Positions 41,827 to 50,818 of a DNA stretch of 64,000 bases are shown here, in pieces. Position 1 is the first letter of the stretch; every line of letters starts with the position of its first letter. The DNA comes from Lachnospiraceae bacterium. Its GTDB lineage: Bacteria; Bacillota_I; Bacilli_A; Erysipelotrichales; Erysipelotrichaceae. The position numbers and the translations under genes are program-made. A model generated the notes under the pieces. That model was given only the letters and a program-made list of their open reading frames with translations. It was not told where the DNA came from and ran no database searches. The stretch lies in contig CAVAZS010000001.1 in assembly GCA_963593385.1 (NCBI GenBank), positions 45,020 to 109,019 on the forward strand, read 5' to 3'.

Positions 41827-43512
41827 TTAGTTTTTAACGCAGTGACTAAAGTATAAGCTTGAACTATGTAATTCGTAACCAGATAAGTTAGAACTTACTA
41901 GAGCTGGTGTAGCGAATTGGAATAGTGGGAATACTTTATATTGTTCTTGAACGATGTAATCTTCTGCTTCATGTAATGCTTCAGCAAATTCTTCAGCATC
42001 TACAATGTACTTAGCATCATCAATCATCTTGTCATATGTAGGATCATCGATGTTGTCATATACTAAGTTTCCTGATGTCCAGTTCTTTAAGAAGTTCATA
42101 GGAGAAGCACTTCCTTGTAAACCATAACGAGCAATTTGGAAATCTCCTTCATCTAATTGATCGTAATATACACCAGATTCAACTGCTTCAAAGTCAACTT
42201 CAACACAACCTAGATCACTCCACATTGATTGAAGCATTGTAGCTACATCTTCGTGAATACTATTTTTAGAATACTTATAAGTAAACTTTAATGGATTAGA
42301 TTCACTATAACCAGCAGCTTCTAATAATGCTTTAGCATCTTCTGGGTTATATGTTGTTTCATATCCTTCATCATCTCTTTCTTCACGGAAGTCTTTTGTT
42401 GCACCAAAGATACCATAAGGAACATAACCATTTAGTACTGGATAGATTTCATCTCCACCAACTACATCTACTAAAGCTTCTTTATCAATTGCTTCATATA
42501 GAGCTTTACGTACATTAACATCTTTTAAGAAGTCTGGTCCATCTTCACCACAGTTAATATCTAATGAATATACACTAGGATAACTTAATACCCACAAGTT
42601 ATCTGTACCTTTAAAGCTTAGAGCTGTAGAAACAGATACACTTAATGCAATATCTACATCGCCTGTTTGGAATGCAGCATATTGAGCATCAACATCTGGC
42701 ATTACTTGATATGTGATTGTTTCCATCTTTACATCATCAGCGTTCCAATATGAATCACTCTTTGTGATGACTGCTTTATCATTTAAAGCAAATTCCTTAA
42801 GTTCATATTCACCACTAGTTAAGTATCCTGGAGTAACTGACCAATCTGATTTATGTTGTGGTGTATCAAGTGGTAAAGCTGACCATACACCTCCACCAGC
42901 AATTTGTTGTAAGAAATACGATACTGGATAGTTAAGTGTTAATACTAATGTGTAATCATCTGTAGCTTCAATACCAACTGAACTATGATCTTCTACAGTA
43001 CAATCAAATGAATCCCCAACAGCATAAGCATTATTAGCATATTCTTCTGCACCTTTAATCATGTCCCTCATACTATTAACAGTAAATGCATTATCTACGC
43101 CATAAGATAAAGCTCTTAAGTATGCATATACATAGTTTTCAGCAGTAATAGGAGTACCATCATTGAATGTAGCGTCTTTTCTCAAATGGAATGTCCAAGT
43201 TAAACCATCTTCACTTGTTTCAGAGCTTTCTGCTAAGTTATAGCTTACTGAACTATCTTCATTAACCATTGTTAGACCACCATATATAGAGCGAATAATA
43301 TACGCATTATATACAGTTGTACTAATTGCAGGATCTAGAGTATCAAATTGTGCACCAATTGCGACAATCATTGATTGCTCAGAAGCTGTAGCCGAACCTG
43401 TACTAGAAGCAGTACTAGCAGCAGTAGCAGTTCCTGAAGATCCACCACTTCCACAACCTACTAGACTTAAAGCACACATACCAGAAAGTAAATAACCTAA
43501 ACTTTTCTTCAT
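41827..43512 (-). CDS. oppA: Oligopeptide-binding lipoprotein OppA (paralog 2)
   Basis: LVGC lipobox; collinear and highly similar to paralog 1. Confidence 0.92.
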   Translation of the reverse strand: MKKSLGYLLSGMCALSLVGCGSGGSSGTATAASTASSTGSATASEQSMIVAIGAQFDTLDPAISTTVYNAYIIRSIYGGLTMVNEDSSVSYNLAESSETSEDGLTWTFHLRKDATFNDGTPITAENYVYAYLRALSYGVDNAFTVNSMRDMIKGAEEYANNAYAVGDSFDCTVEDHSSVGIEATDDYTLVLTLNYPVSYFLQQIAGGGVWSALPLDTPQHKSDWSVTPGYLTSGEYELKEFALNDKAVITKSDSYWNADDVKMETITYQVMPDVDAQYAAFQTGDVDIALSVSVSTALSFKGTDNLWVLSYPSVYSLDINCGEDGPDFLKDVNVRKALYEAIDKEALVDVVGGDEIYPVLNGYVPYGIFGATKDFREERDDEGYETTYNPEDAKALLEAAGYSESNPLKFTYKYSKNSIHEDVATMLQSMWSDLGCVEVDFEAVESGVYYDQLDEGDFQIARYGLQGSASPMNFLKNWTSGNLVYDNIDDPTYDKMIDDAKYIVDAEEFAEALHEAEDYIVQEQYKVFPLFQFATPALVSSNLSGYELHSSSLYFSHCVKN

Positions 43513-43690
43513 GTTTTTATCCCCCTTCGTAAGTTATGCATTAAATATATTCAGTGTTTATGCGGGCGTCAATAAAAAATGAAACATTTTCACACAATTT
43601 TCATAATTTCTTTCATTTTCTTACATTTTTGTTACATTTAGCTATTTCTAGCGTTTTATCTTATGATATATACATACAAAGAGGTACTTT

Positions 43691-44476
43691 ATGGAAAATC
43701 GTAATTTACAAATAGAAATATGTTGTGGAAGCTTAACAGATTGCTTAACAGCAAATAAATATCCTATTGATCGTATTGAATTAAATAGTTCTTTAGAATT
43801 AGGTGGTATTACCCCAACTCTAGCAACTCTTTTAGAAGCAAAGAAACAAACAAATAAAAAAATTATATGTATGGTACGCCCAAGAACAGCAGGATTTTGT
43901 TACAACGACTATGAAATTAGTACTATGTTTATGGATGCTAAAATTATGTTGGAAAATCACGCAGATGGTATTGTATTTGGTTTCTTAAATCCAAATCGTA
44001 CAATTGATGTACCTACTACAGCAAAAATGGTAGAACTCATTCATTCCTATAACAAAGAAGCAGTATTTCATAAAGCATTTGATGAATTAATTGACCCTTA
44101 TAAAGGTATAGAAGACTTAATATCTTGTAAAGTAGATCGAGTATTAACTAGTGGTTGTGCCCCTACAGTACTTAAAGGAATTGATGTCATTACAAAGTTA
44201 GAAAAAGATTATGGTAGTAAGATACAAATCTTACCAGGATGTGGCATCAATCAAAATAATATCGTTGAAATACTAGAAAAAAGTCATGTAAAACAATTTC
44301 ACATGACCGCGAAAAGTACATTCAATGATCGTGGTGACTATGTAGCAGTTGATGGCAGAAACATTCAAGCAGTACTAGATAAAATCGGTAAAAGTAATCT
44401 ATCTAGTAGAAATAACTTAACTGGTGAAGATATTGCAATGCTAGAAAATGATTACTACGAAAATAAATTCGAATAA
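43691..44476 (+). CDS. cutC: Copper homeostasis protein CutC family
   Basis: EICC, RIELNSSLELGGITP, MVRPRTAGF, FHKAFD, RVLTSG. Confidence 0.9.
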   Translation: MENRNLQIEICCGSLTDCLTANKYPIDRIELNSSLELGGITPTLATLLEAKKQTNKKIICMVRPRTAGFCYNDYEISTMFMDAKIMLENHADGIVFGFLNPNRTIDVPTTAKMVELIHSYNKEAVFHKAFDELIDPYKGIEDLISCKVDRVLTSGCAPTVLKGIDVITKLEKDYGSKIQILPGCGINQNNIVEILEKSHVKQFHMTAKSTFNDRGDYVAVDGRNIQAVLDKIGKSNLSSRNNLTGEDIAMLENDYYENKFE

Positions 44477-44481
44477 CACGT

Positions 44482-44508
44482 GGTACAGGCAATTAACCTG
44501 TACCTTTT
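44482..44508 (+). terminator. Terminator of cutC
   Basis: GGTACAGG...CCTGTACC followed by TTTT. Confidence 0.75.
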
Positions 44509-44530
44509 ATTTATCTAGAAAACGAAAATA

Positions 44531-44698
44531 CTAACCTTCTATTTTTTCCTTATCAAATAAACCTAAAGCTATGAGTTCTTCTATTTCTTCATCAGTTAAA
44601 TCAGAATATCCTAATGAGTTAAGTAAGTCTAGTTTAGTCGCTTCTTCATCATCTTGAATTTGTCGTATTAATTCGAATACTGGATCATTTTCAAACAT
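44531..44698 (-). CDS. Small acidic hypothetical protein (55 aa)
   Basis: Below the ORF-track cutoff; MFENDPVFELIRQIQDDEEATKLDLLNSLGYSDLTDEEIEELIALGLFDKEKIEG; AAGGAG RBS. Confidence 0.6.
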   Translation of the reverse strand: MFENDPVFELIRQIQDDEEATKLDLLNSLGYSDLTDEEIEELIALGLFDKEKIEG

Positions 44699-44700
44699 AA

Positions 44701-44817
44701 TTACTTTTCTCCTTTTGTTAGTACAAAATGCTGCAAACCATTATTCTGTAAATGATTTGAATGACCAAAAGATAAATGTGCTCTATAGCTGTTTAATACT
44801 TCAGCTATTTCTTTCAT
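44701..44817 (-). pseudogene. Possible C-terminal remnant of a reverse transcriptase (DGR/phage-type)
   Basis: MKEIAEVLNSYRAHLSFGHSNHLQNNGLQHFVLTKGEK resembles the recalled SYxxHLxxxxxxxL...FVLT tail of Firmicute RTs; no catalytic YxDD present. Confidence 0.35.
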
Positions 44818-44837
44818 TTGATAAAAAGTCCTATTTA

Positions 44838-46133
44838 TTATAAGATTCCAACACGTTTAAATACTGTATCTACATTCTTTGTTTGATATGTAGGATCAAA
44901 GCAATCTTCTATTTCTTCATCACTTAGTGTAGAAGTTACTTCAGGTACAGATTTCATTAACGCTTTAAAGTCTAAGCCTTCATTCCATGCTTTGATTGCT
45001 TGAGGTTGTACTGTATCATATGCTTTTTCACGTGACCAACCTTTATCTACTAGTTTTAACATGAAACGTTGTGAGAAGATTACGCCATGAGTTGCATAAA
45101 TGTTATCTCTCATTCTATCTTCAAATACTGTTAAGTTTTTCAAGATATTACCAAAGCGATTAAGCATATAATCCAATAGCTCTGTAGCATCAGGTGCGAT
45201 AATTCTTTCAGCTGAAGAATGAGATATATCTCTTTCATGCCATAAAGGTACATCTTCATAAGAAGTAATCATATAACCTCTTAGTACTCTAGCACATCCA
45301 CAAATATTTTCTGATCCTATTGGATTTCTCTTATGTGGCATAGCACTAGAACCTTTTTGTCCTGCTCTAAATCTTTCTTCTACTTCTCTTACTTCTGTAC
45401 GTTGTAAGTGTCTTATTTCTGTAGCCATTTGTTCTAGAGTTGTACCAATTAAAGCTAGTATAGCAAAATATTCAGCGTGTCTATCTCTTTGTAAGATTTG
45501 AGTAGAGATAGCACTAGACTCTATTCCTAACTTTTCACATACATAATCTTGGATAAATGGTGGAATGTTAGCAAATGTACCAACTGCACCAGATATCTTG
45601 CCTGTTTCTACCATCTTACTAGCATGCTCAAAACGTTCTTTATTACGTTTCATTTCTTCATACCATAGAGCAAATTTCATACCAAATGTAGTAATTTCAG
45701 CATGTACACCATGTGTTCTACCCATCATAACAGTATCTTTATAAAGAAGTGCTTTTTCTTTTAAGATTTCCATGAAGTCATCAATATCTTTACGTAAGAT
45801 ATCATTAGCTTGTTTATAACGAATACCATTAGCTGTATCTACTACATCTGTACTAGTAATACCATAATGAATCCATTTCTTTTCTTCACCTAATGACTCA
45901 CTAACACATCTCGTAAAAGCAACTACATCATGTCTAGTTTCATTTTCTATTTCTGCTATACGATTAACATCAAACTTAGCATTTTCTTTAATTTTATTAA
46001 CATCTTCTTCTGGAATATGACCTAACTTACTCCAAGCTTCATCAATTAATATTTCTACTTTGAGCCAAGCTTCATATTTAGCTTGTTCACTCCATACTTC
46101 TTGCATCTGTTTACGTGCATAACGATCTATCAT
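44838..46133 (-). CDS. purB: Adenylosuccinate lyase
   Basis: MIDRY start, [28 protein letters not shown]. Confidence 0.97.
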   Translation of the reverse strand: MIDRYARKQMQEVWSEQAKYEAWLKVEILIDEAWSKLGHIPEEDVNKIKENAKFDVNRIAEIENETRHDVVAFTRCVSESLGEEKKWIHYGITSTDVVDTANGIRYKQANDILRKDIDDFMEILKEKALLYKDTVMMGRTHGVHAEITTFGMKFALWYEEMKRNKERFEHASKMVETGKISGAVGTFANIPPFIQDYVCEKLGIESSAISTQILQRDRHAEYFAILALIGTTLEQMATEIRHLQRTEVREVEERFRAGQKGSSAMPHKRNPIGSENICGCARVLRGYMITSYEDVPLWHERDISHSSAERIIAPDATELLDYMLNRFGNILKNLTVFEDRMRDNIYATHGVIFSQRFMLKLVDKGWSREKAYDTVQPQAIKAWNEGLDFKALMKSVPEVTSTLSDEEIEDCFDPTYQTKNVDTVFKRVGIL

Positions 46134-46201
46134 TTTATTCACCAATCCTTACTTCTATTATATTTTATTACTATAGGAACTTGAAGAGATAGAAATTTTT
46201 C

Positions 46202-46407
46202 TTATGATGAACATTTCCATATTGCCATAGGATGATTTTTAACTCTTTCTAATTCTTCACCAGCAAATAATAATTCTGGTTCATAGATTCTATGATTAAA
46301 ACCATCCCAAAATAATAAAATATTATCATCAGTTTTTATTTTTTTCTACATATTTTCTAACTATGTCTTTTGTATCATTAAAATCGCGATGGCTATTGTA
46401 TTTTTCT
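46202..46407 (-). pseudogene. 5'-truncated, frameshifted remnant of an AbiEii-type nucleotidyltransferase toxin
   Basis: EKYNSHRDFNDTKDIVRKYVEK, frameshift in an A-run, then IKTDDNILLFWDGFNHRIYEPELLFAGEELERVKNHPMAIWKCSS*; Y.PELLF...HPMAxWK tail recalled from Firmicute AbiEii-family proteins. Confidence 0.6.
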
Positions 46408-46409
46408 CT

Positions 46410-46444
46410 ACTAATAGTTGTTCGTAAAAATTTTAAAAATCCTC
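46410..46444. repeat. 35-bp imperfect direct repeat, copy 1
   Basis: ACTAATAGTTGTTCGTAAAAATTTTAAAAATCCTC; 30/35 identical to 47454-47488. Confidence 0.8.
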
Positions 46445-46493
46445 CAAGCAAAACAATAAATACTCTTATAAATGATAAAATAACCTCTAACAA

Positions 46494-47105
46494 TTAAAGT
46501 ACTCTAAGTAATTGCACAAGTTCACGAGATCCATGACTATTAGAACTAGTACATCTAGTATCAAATTTAACAAATTTATTATTTTCATAAAAAGATAGTA
46601 ATTTTTCTTCATGACTTGCTTCTAAAAAAGTTATCACTCCACCTACTTGATATTGAATTTCTTTCACTTTATTCCATGCTATTTCAAGAAGTTCACTACC
46701 TGTTATTTTTTCATTAGCATTATTTGCGTAATTTTTACCTAGCTGAGCAATTAAATATGCTGGAACAACATATGTTTGGGTTTCTTCATTATATTCACTA
46801 ATTCGCTTTAATTTCCTTTTTATATTATTACTTATTCTTTCTCCACGAATCATTAATAACTTTAACGCTATAGTAAAATATCCAAGTAATTCACCATCTT
46901 CTTTATTCAATATTATATACGTGACTGCTTGATTCTTTTTAGCAAAATCAATCGAACTATTTTTTAAAAATTTTTCTATATCCTGATTCTTTTTACATGA
47001 AAAATCGGAAAGAATTTGAACCAAATCATTCTCTCCGAGACACGAATCTTTATTGTCAAGATAATTTCGAATGTTAATCACATAAAACTTATCTTTGTGT
47101 AGCAT
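46494..47105 (-). CDS. GNAT-family acetyltransferase, putative type II toxin
   Basis: FSC.KN.DIEKFL, LLGYFTI, YLIAQLGKN, LLSFYENNKF; overlaps upstream small gene. Confidence 0.75.
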   Translation of the reverse strand: MLHKDKFYVINIRNYLDNKDSCLGENDLVQILSDFSCKKNQDIEKFLKNSSIDFAKKNQAVTYIILNKEDGELLGYFTIALKLLMIRGERISNNIKRKLKRISEYNEETQTYVVPAYLIAQLGKNYANNANEKITGSELLEIAWNKVKEIQYQVGGVITFLEASHEEKLLSFYENNKFVKFDTRCTSSNSHGSRELVQLLRVL

Positions 47106-47283
47106 TCATTTTTTTCCTTTTTTTCATCATCTTAATTATGTCGTTTTTATCTGTTAATTCTTTTGCTGCAACAGGAATTTGTACAGGTCGATTACTAGCA
47201 GAATATTCAATTGCATCAACAAACATTTGTGCTTGTTTTTGACCAGTTATAACAAAATTTCTAGTAATACTTGAAGTTGCCAT
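47089..47283 (-). CDS. Small protein, putative antitoxin of the GNAT toxin
   Basis: 64 aa MATSSITRNFVI...FVDAIE; GAGGAGGTGA RBS; TTGAAA-18-TAATAT promoter; overlaps the GNAT start. Confidence 0.65.
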   Translation of the reverse strand: MATSSITRNFVITGQKQAQMFVDAIEYSASNRPVQIPVAAKELTDKNDIIKMMKKRKKMNATQR

Positions 47284-47453
47284 AGAATCACCTCCTCTTT
47301 ATTAGCTTATCCCTATATTAGCGATTACTTTTCTAACTTTTCAAGTTAATTTTATTATGGAAATATTTAAAATGCTATATACAATTTCGGATTTATCTTG
47401 TCATTCTCGGAATAATTATTATTGCTTACTCAAACCATAGTTAATTCCTCCTC

Positions 47454-47488
47454 ACTAATAGTTATTCGTAAAAAATTCGTAAATCCTC
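47454..47488. repeat. 35-bp imperfect direct repeat, copy 2
   Basis: ACTAATAGTTATTCGTAAAAAATTCGTAAATCCTC; contains tandem TTCGTAAA. Confidence 0.8.
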
Positions 47489-47549
47489 ACTTTTTGTTCA
47501 AAAAATTTTATTTTTATATTTGATACATTATGCTATCCTTTTATAGGAG

Positions 47550-47565
47550 TGTTGTAATTACAACA
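47550..47565. promoter_or_regulatory. Perfect 16-bp palindrome at the 5' end of the Crp/Fnr gene (putative autoregulatory operator)
   Basis: TGTTGTAATTACAACA directly after AGGAG. Confidence 0.6.
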
Positions 47566-47574
47566 AATTTTTTT

Positions 47575-48237
47575 ATGATTAAGCAAATAGATAAAATATT
47601 CAAAACTCCTTTATTTAAGGGAATTTCTAAAGATAAATATTATGATGTATTAGAACTATTAGATTCACAATTAAAAAACTATTCTAAGGATCAATATATC
47701 TTTAAATCTGGCAAAAAGATAAAAAGAGCAGCCATCTTAATTGAAGGCTCTGTCGTACTAACAAGAGAAAATTATTGGAATGAAGATAGCATCATTCAAG
47801 AAGTAAAACCAGGAGAAATATTTGCTGTATCTTTTTCTTCTAACTCATCAATTACTTCTGATTTAAATGCGAAATGTTTAGAACCAAGTGTTATCTTATG
47901 GTTTCAAACAAAAGATATTTTTTCTATAGATGAACCTAATCCATATTTTGCTATTATTGCTAAAAACTTATTATCTATGCTTGCTAAACAAAATATTGAT
48001 TTAAAAGCTAGAATTTGGAATATTTCACAAAATACAATTAGGAATAAATTACTTTCTTATTTATCTACTGAAGCTTCTACACACCATAGCAATGAATTTG
48101 ATATACCATATAATCGTCAAGAATTAGCAGACCATTTATATGTAGATCGTTCTGCATTATCTACAGAATTAAACAAATTAAAAAAAGAAGGATATTTCTT
48201 AGTTTCAAAGAACCATTTTACCCTTCTTTCTAAATAA
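47575..48237 (+). CDS. Crp/Fnr-family transcriptional regulator
   Basis: cNMP-type domain (PGEIF), TIRNKLLSYL, HTH RQELADHLYVDRSALSTEL; start uncertain (47530-47575). Confidence 0.9.
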   Translation: MIKQIDKIFKTPLFKGISKDKYYDVLELLDSQLKNYSKDQYIFKSGKKIKRAAILIEGSVVLTRENYWNEDSIIQEVKPGEIFAVSFSSNSSITSDLNAKCLEPSVILWFQTKDIFSIDEPNPYFAIIAKNLLSMLAKQNIDLKARIWNISQNTIRNKLLSYLSTEASTHHSNEFDIPYNRQELADHLYVDRSALSTELNKLKKEGYFLVSKNHFTLLSK

Positions 48238-48239
48238 TA

Positions 48240-48488
48240 TTACTTTAGTGCTTTTCTAATTTTTTTAGCAATCTTTGGTCGATCTGTAGCAGATGAATTA
48301 TTCATTAGTGATAAATATTCATATATTTTTAATTTCTCATTTGTTGAATAAGAAGAATCTACTTCTATCATTTTCACAATTTCATTTAAGCTATCAAGAA
48401 ATTCACTTTCTGCTTGATTAGCTCCTGCCGCAAATATTTCGTCAAATCTTTTAGCAATCGAACCATCATGTTTTCTAAATAATCCCAT
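48240..48488 (-). CDS. Hypothetical protein (82 aa)
   Basis: AGGAG RBS; directly after thiI; no recognised motif. Confidence 0.6.
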   Translation of the reverse strand: MGLFRKHDGSIAKRFDEIFAAGANQAESEFLDSLNEIVKMIEVDSSYSTNEKLKIYEYLSLMNNSSATDRPKIAKKIRKALK

Positions 48489-48498
48489 AAACTATCTC

Positions 48499-49695
48499 CT
48501 ATAAGAAGCTTTCTTTTTGATTATCTTCGTAACTAACAACGTGTGTATCAATATTACTTAGACAATCATCAATTTCTTTTTGATAATCAAAACAAGATTC
48601 ATAATATTCTGCTTTTTTCACAGTTGGCTTTGTGACTGGATTTTTAGGATCAAAGATTGTACAACAATCTTCAAATGGTTGAATTGAAGTTTCATATGTG
48701 CCAATCTTTCTAGCTAAATCAATAATTTCTGTTTTATCCATACAAACAAGTGGTCTAATTACAGGTAAAGACACAACTCGATTAATTACATTCATACTTT
48801 CCAATGTTTGTGAAGCTACTTGACCAATACTTTCTCCAGTACCAATAGCTAAGCATCCTTCTTTATTTGCTACTTCTTGTGCCAATCTAAACATCATTCT
48901 TCTCATGATTGTTATTGCATAAGGATCACCCGCAGCTTTATAGATTTGAAGTTGTAATTCGGTAAAATTAACAACATGTACTTTCATCTTACCTTGATAA
49001 ATACTAACTATCTTAGCTAGATCCATTACTTTTTGTTTAGCATTTTCAGAAGTATAAGGTGGTGAAGCATAATGAATCGCCTCTACTTCTAACCCTCTCT
49101 TCATGATTTCAAATGCTGCTACAGGTGAATCAATACCACCTGATAGCATTAATAAAACTTTTCCATTAATTCCTGTTGGATAACCACCAAGTCCAGGAAT
49201 TTTTTCCGAAGTAATATATGTATCATTTTGTTGCACTTCAATTTGAATACTTAATTCTGGATGATGTACATCAACTTTTAAACCTGTTTCATGTAAGATT
49301 GTAGAAGCGACTGCACGATTAATTCCATCACTATTTAATGGGAATGTCTTATCATGTCTTCTCGTAATTACTTTAAATGTTTTTTTACTAGCTTCATTTT
49401 CTTTTGCAATTCTTAAACAAGCAGCTTTAATATCATCAATATTACTATTTACTTTTTCTGTAAAAGAAAAGGAACTAATACCAAATACTTTTTGTAGTTT
49501 TTCTTTAATTTCTTCAGGATTTTCATCAGTTAATTTGATATAAATACGATCATATGTACGCTTAAAAGAAAGATTAGGATAGTCTTTTAGCATTCTTCTT
49601 ATATTTTTATCTAATTTCTTGATAAAATCTTTACGATTTTTCCCTTTTGTACTTAATTCGCCATAACGAATTAACACTGTATCATATTTAACCAT
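48499..49695 (-). CDS. thiI: tRNA 4-thiouridine synthase ThiI
   Basis: IRYGELSTKGKNR, THUMP domain, SGGIDS PP-loop, GQVASQT, EDCC. Confidence 0.96.
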   Translation of the reverse strand: MVKYDTVLIRYGELSTKGKNRKDFIKKLDKNIRRMLKDYPNLSFKRTYDRIYIKLTDENPEEIKEKLQKVFGISSFSFTEKVNSNIDDIKAACLRIAKENEASKKTFKVITRRHDKTFPLNSDGINRAVASTILHETGLKVDVHHPELSIQIEVQQNDTYITSEKIPGLGGYPTGINGKVLLMLSGGIDSPVAAFEIMKRGLEVEAIHYASPPYTSENAKQKVMDLAKIVSIYQGKMKVHVVNFTELQLQIYKAAGDPYAITIMRRMMFRLAQEVANKEGCLAIGTGESIGQVASQTLESMNVINRVVSLPVIRPLVCMDKTEIIDLARKIGTYETSIQPFEDCCTIFDPKNPVTKPTVKKAEYYESCFDYQKEIDDCLSNIDTHVVSYEDNQKESFL

Positions 49696-50818
49696 AATGA
49701 CTAATAATCTCCTTTAGTGCTTTAATAAAATCTTGTACATCTTCTTTTGTATTGTGATAAGAAAGACTTACACGAATACAACTAGATGCTCGTGAATCGC
49801 TAAATCCCATTGCCTTTAAGACATAACTAGGATTATTGGATTTACTTTCACATGTGCTTCTCGCTGATATCATAAATCCCATGCGATTTAATGCATTTTG
49901 CATCACTTCACTAGGAATTTTCTCGTAAGAAAAATTAACAATACAACATAAATTATCTTCTGGATGATTTAATTCAATACCATCAATTTGTTTTAATTCA
50001 AAAATCAAATAATCATGTAATTCTTGTATATAATCATGATATTTCGTTTGATTTTCTAGTGCAATTCGTAATGTTTTAGCAAATACCATATTTGTACAAG
50101 CATTACTTGTTCCACCTCTTAAACCACCTTCTTGTTCGCCACCATTAATTAAAGGAACAAAAGGTACATGTTTCTTTCTCACTAAGATACCACTTCCCTT
50201 TAATCCTTCAATCTTATGTGCTGACATTGAAGCTAAATCGATATAATCAAGAGAAACAGGCACTTTACCAATAGCTTGTGTTAAATCAACATGCATGTAA
50301 GCAGAAGATTCTTTCTTTACAATTTCTTTAATCTCATCTATTGGATTCATCATCCCTGTTTCATTATTAACTAGCATTATAGAAACAACACTTGTATCTT
50401 CATCTAACGCTTCTTTTAAATCTTGTACGGATACAACGCCTCTCTCGTTTACAGGTAAATATGTAACACGATATCCAAAAGTATCTTCCATTTGTTTACA
50501 AGCATTCAAAATACTAGAATGCTCAATTTGTGAAGTAATGATATGTTTCTTTTTAGGCATAGCAAAAGAAACACTCTTAATTGCTTCGGAATTTGCTTCA
50601 CTTGCACCACTTGTAAAAATGATTTCATCATAATGAACATTTAGTAAGGATGCTATAGCACTTCTAGCTTTCTCAAGATTTCTAGAAACATTAGTACCTT
50701 CATCATATAAAGATTCACTATTCACATAGGTTGTCTTAAGCAATTCAATATATGTATTTAGTACATCTGGATGAACATTTGTTGTACTAGAATAGTCAAA
50801 ATATACTCTTCTATTCAC
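49688..50818 (-). CDS. Cysteine desulfurase (NifZ/IscS-like, ThiI-linked)
   Basis: YFDYSSTT, FTSGASE, SAHK PLP lysine, SARSTC catalytic Cys; ezrA-desulfurase-thiI synteny. Confidence 0.9.
   Translation of the reverse strand: MNRRVYFDYSSTTNVHPDVLNTYIELLKTTYVNSESLYDEGTNVSRNLEKARSAIASLLNVHYDEIIFTSGASEANSEAIKSVSFAMPKKKHIITSQIEHSSILNACKQMEDTFGYRVTYLPVNERGVVSVQDLKEALDEDTSVVSIMLVNNETGMMNPIDEIKEIVKKESSAYMHVDLTQAIGKVPVSLDYIDLASMSAHKIEGLKGSGILVRKKHVPFVPLINGGEQEGGLRGGTSNACTNMVFAKTLRIALENQTKYHDYIQELHDYLIFELKQIDGIELNHPEDNLCCIVNFSYEKIPSEVMQNALNRMGFMISARSTCESKSNNPSYVLKAMGFSDSRASSCIRVSLSYHNTKEDVQDFIKALKEIISHYG

Noticed and set aside
47433..47438. TGA read as Trp (genetic code 4), which would rescue the minigene
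   Set aside because: oppD, lon, mutS2 and the SPFH gene end in TGA, and Trp is encoded by TGG in the genes checked
46410..47488. 35-bp direct repeats as a degenerate CRISPR
   Set aside because: Only two copies about 1 kb apart with genes between them, and no cas genes
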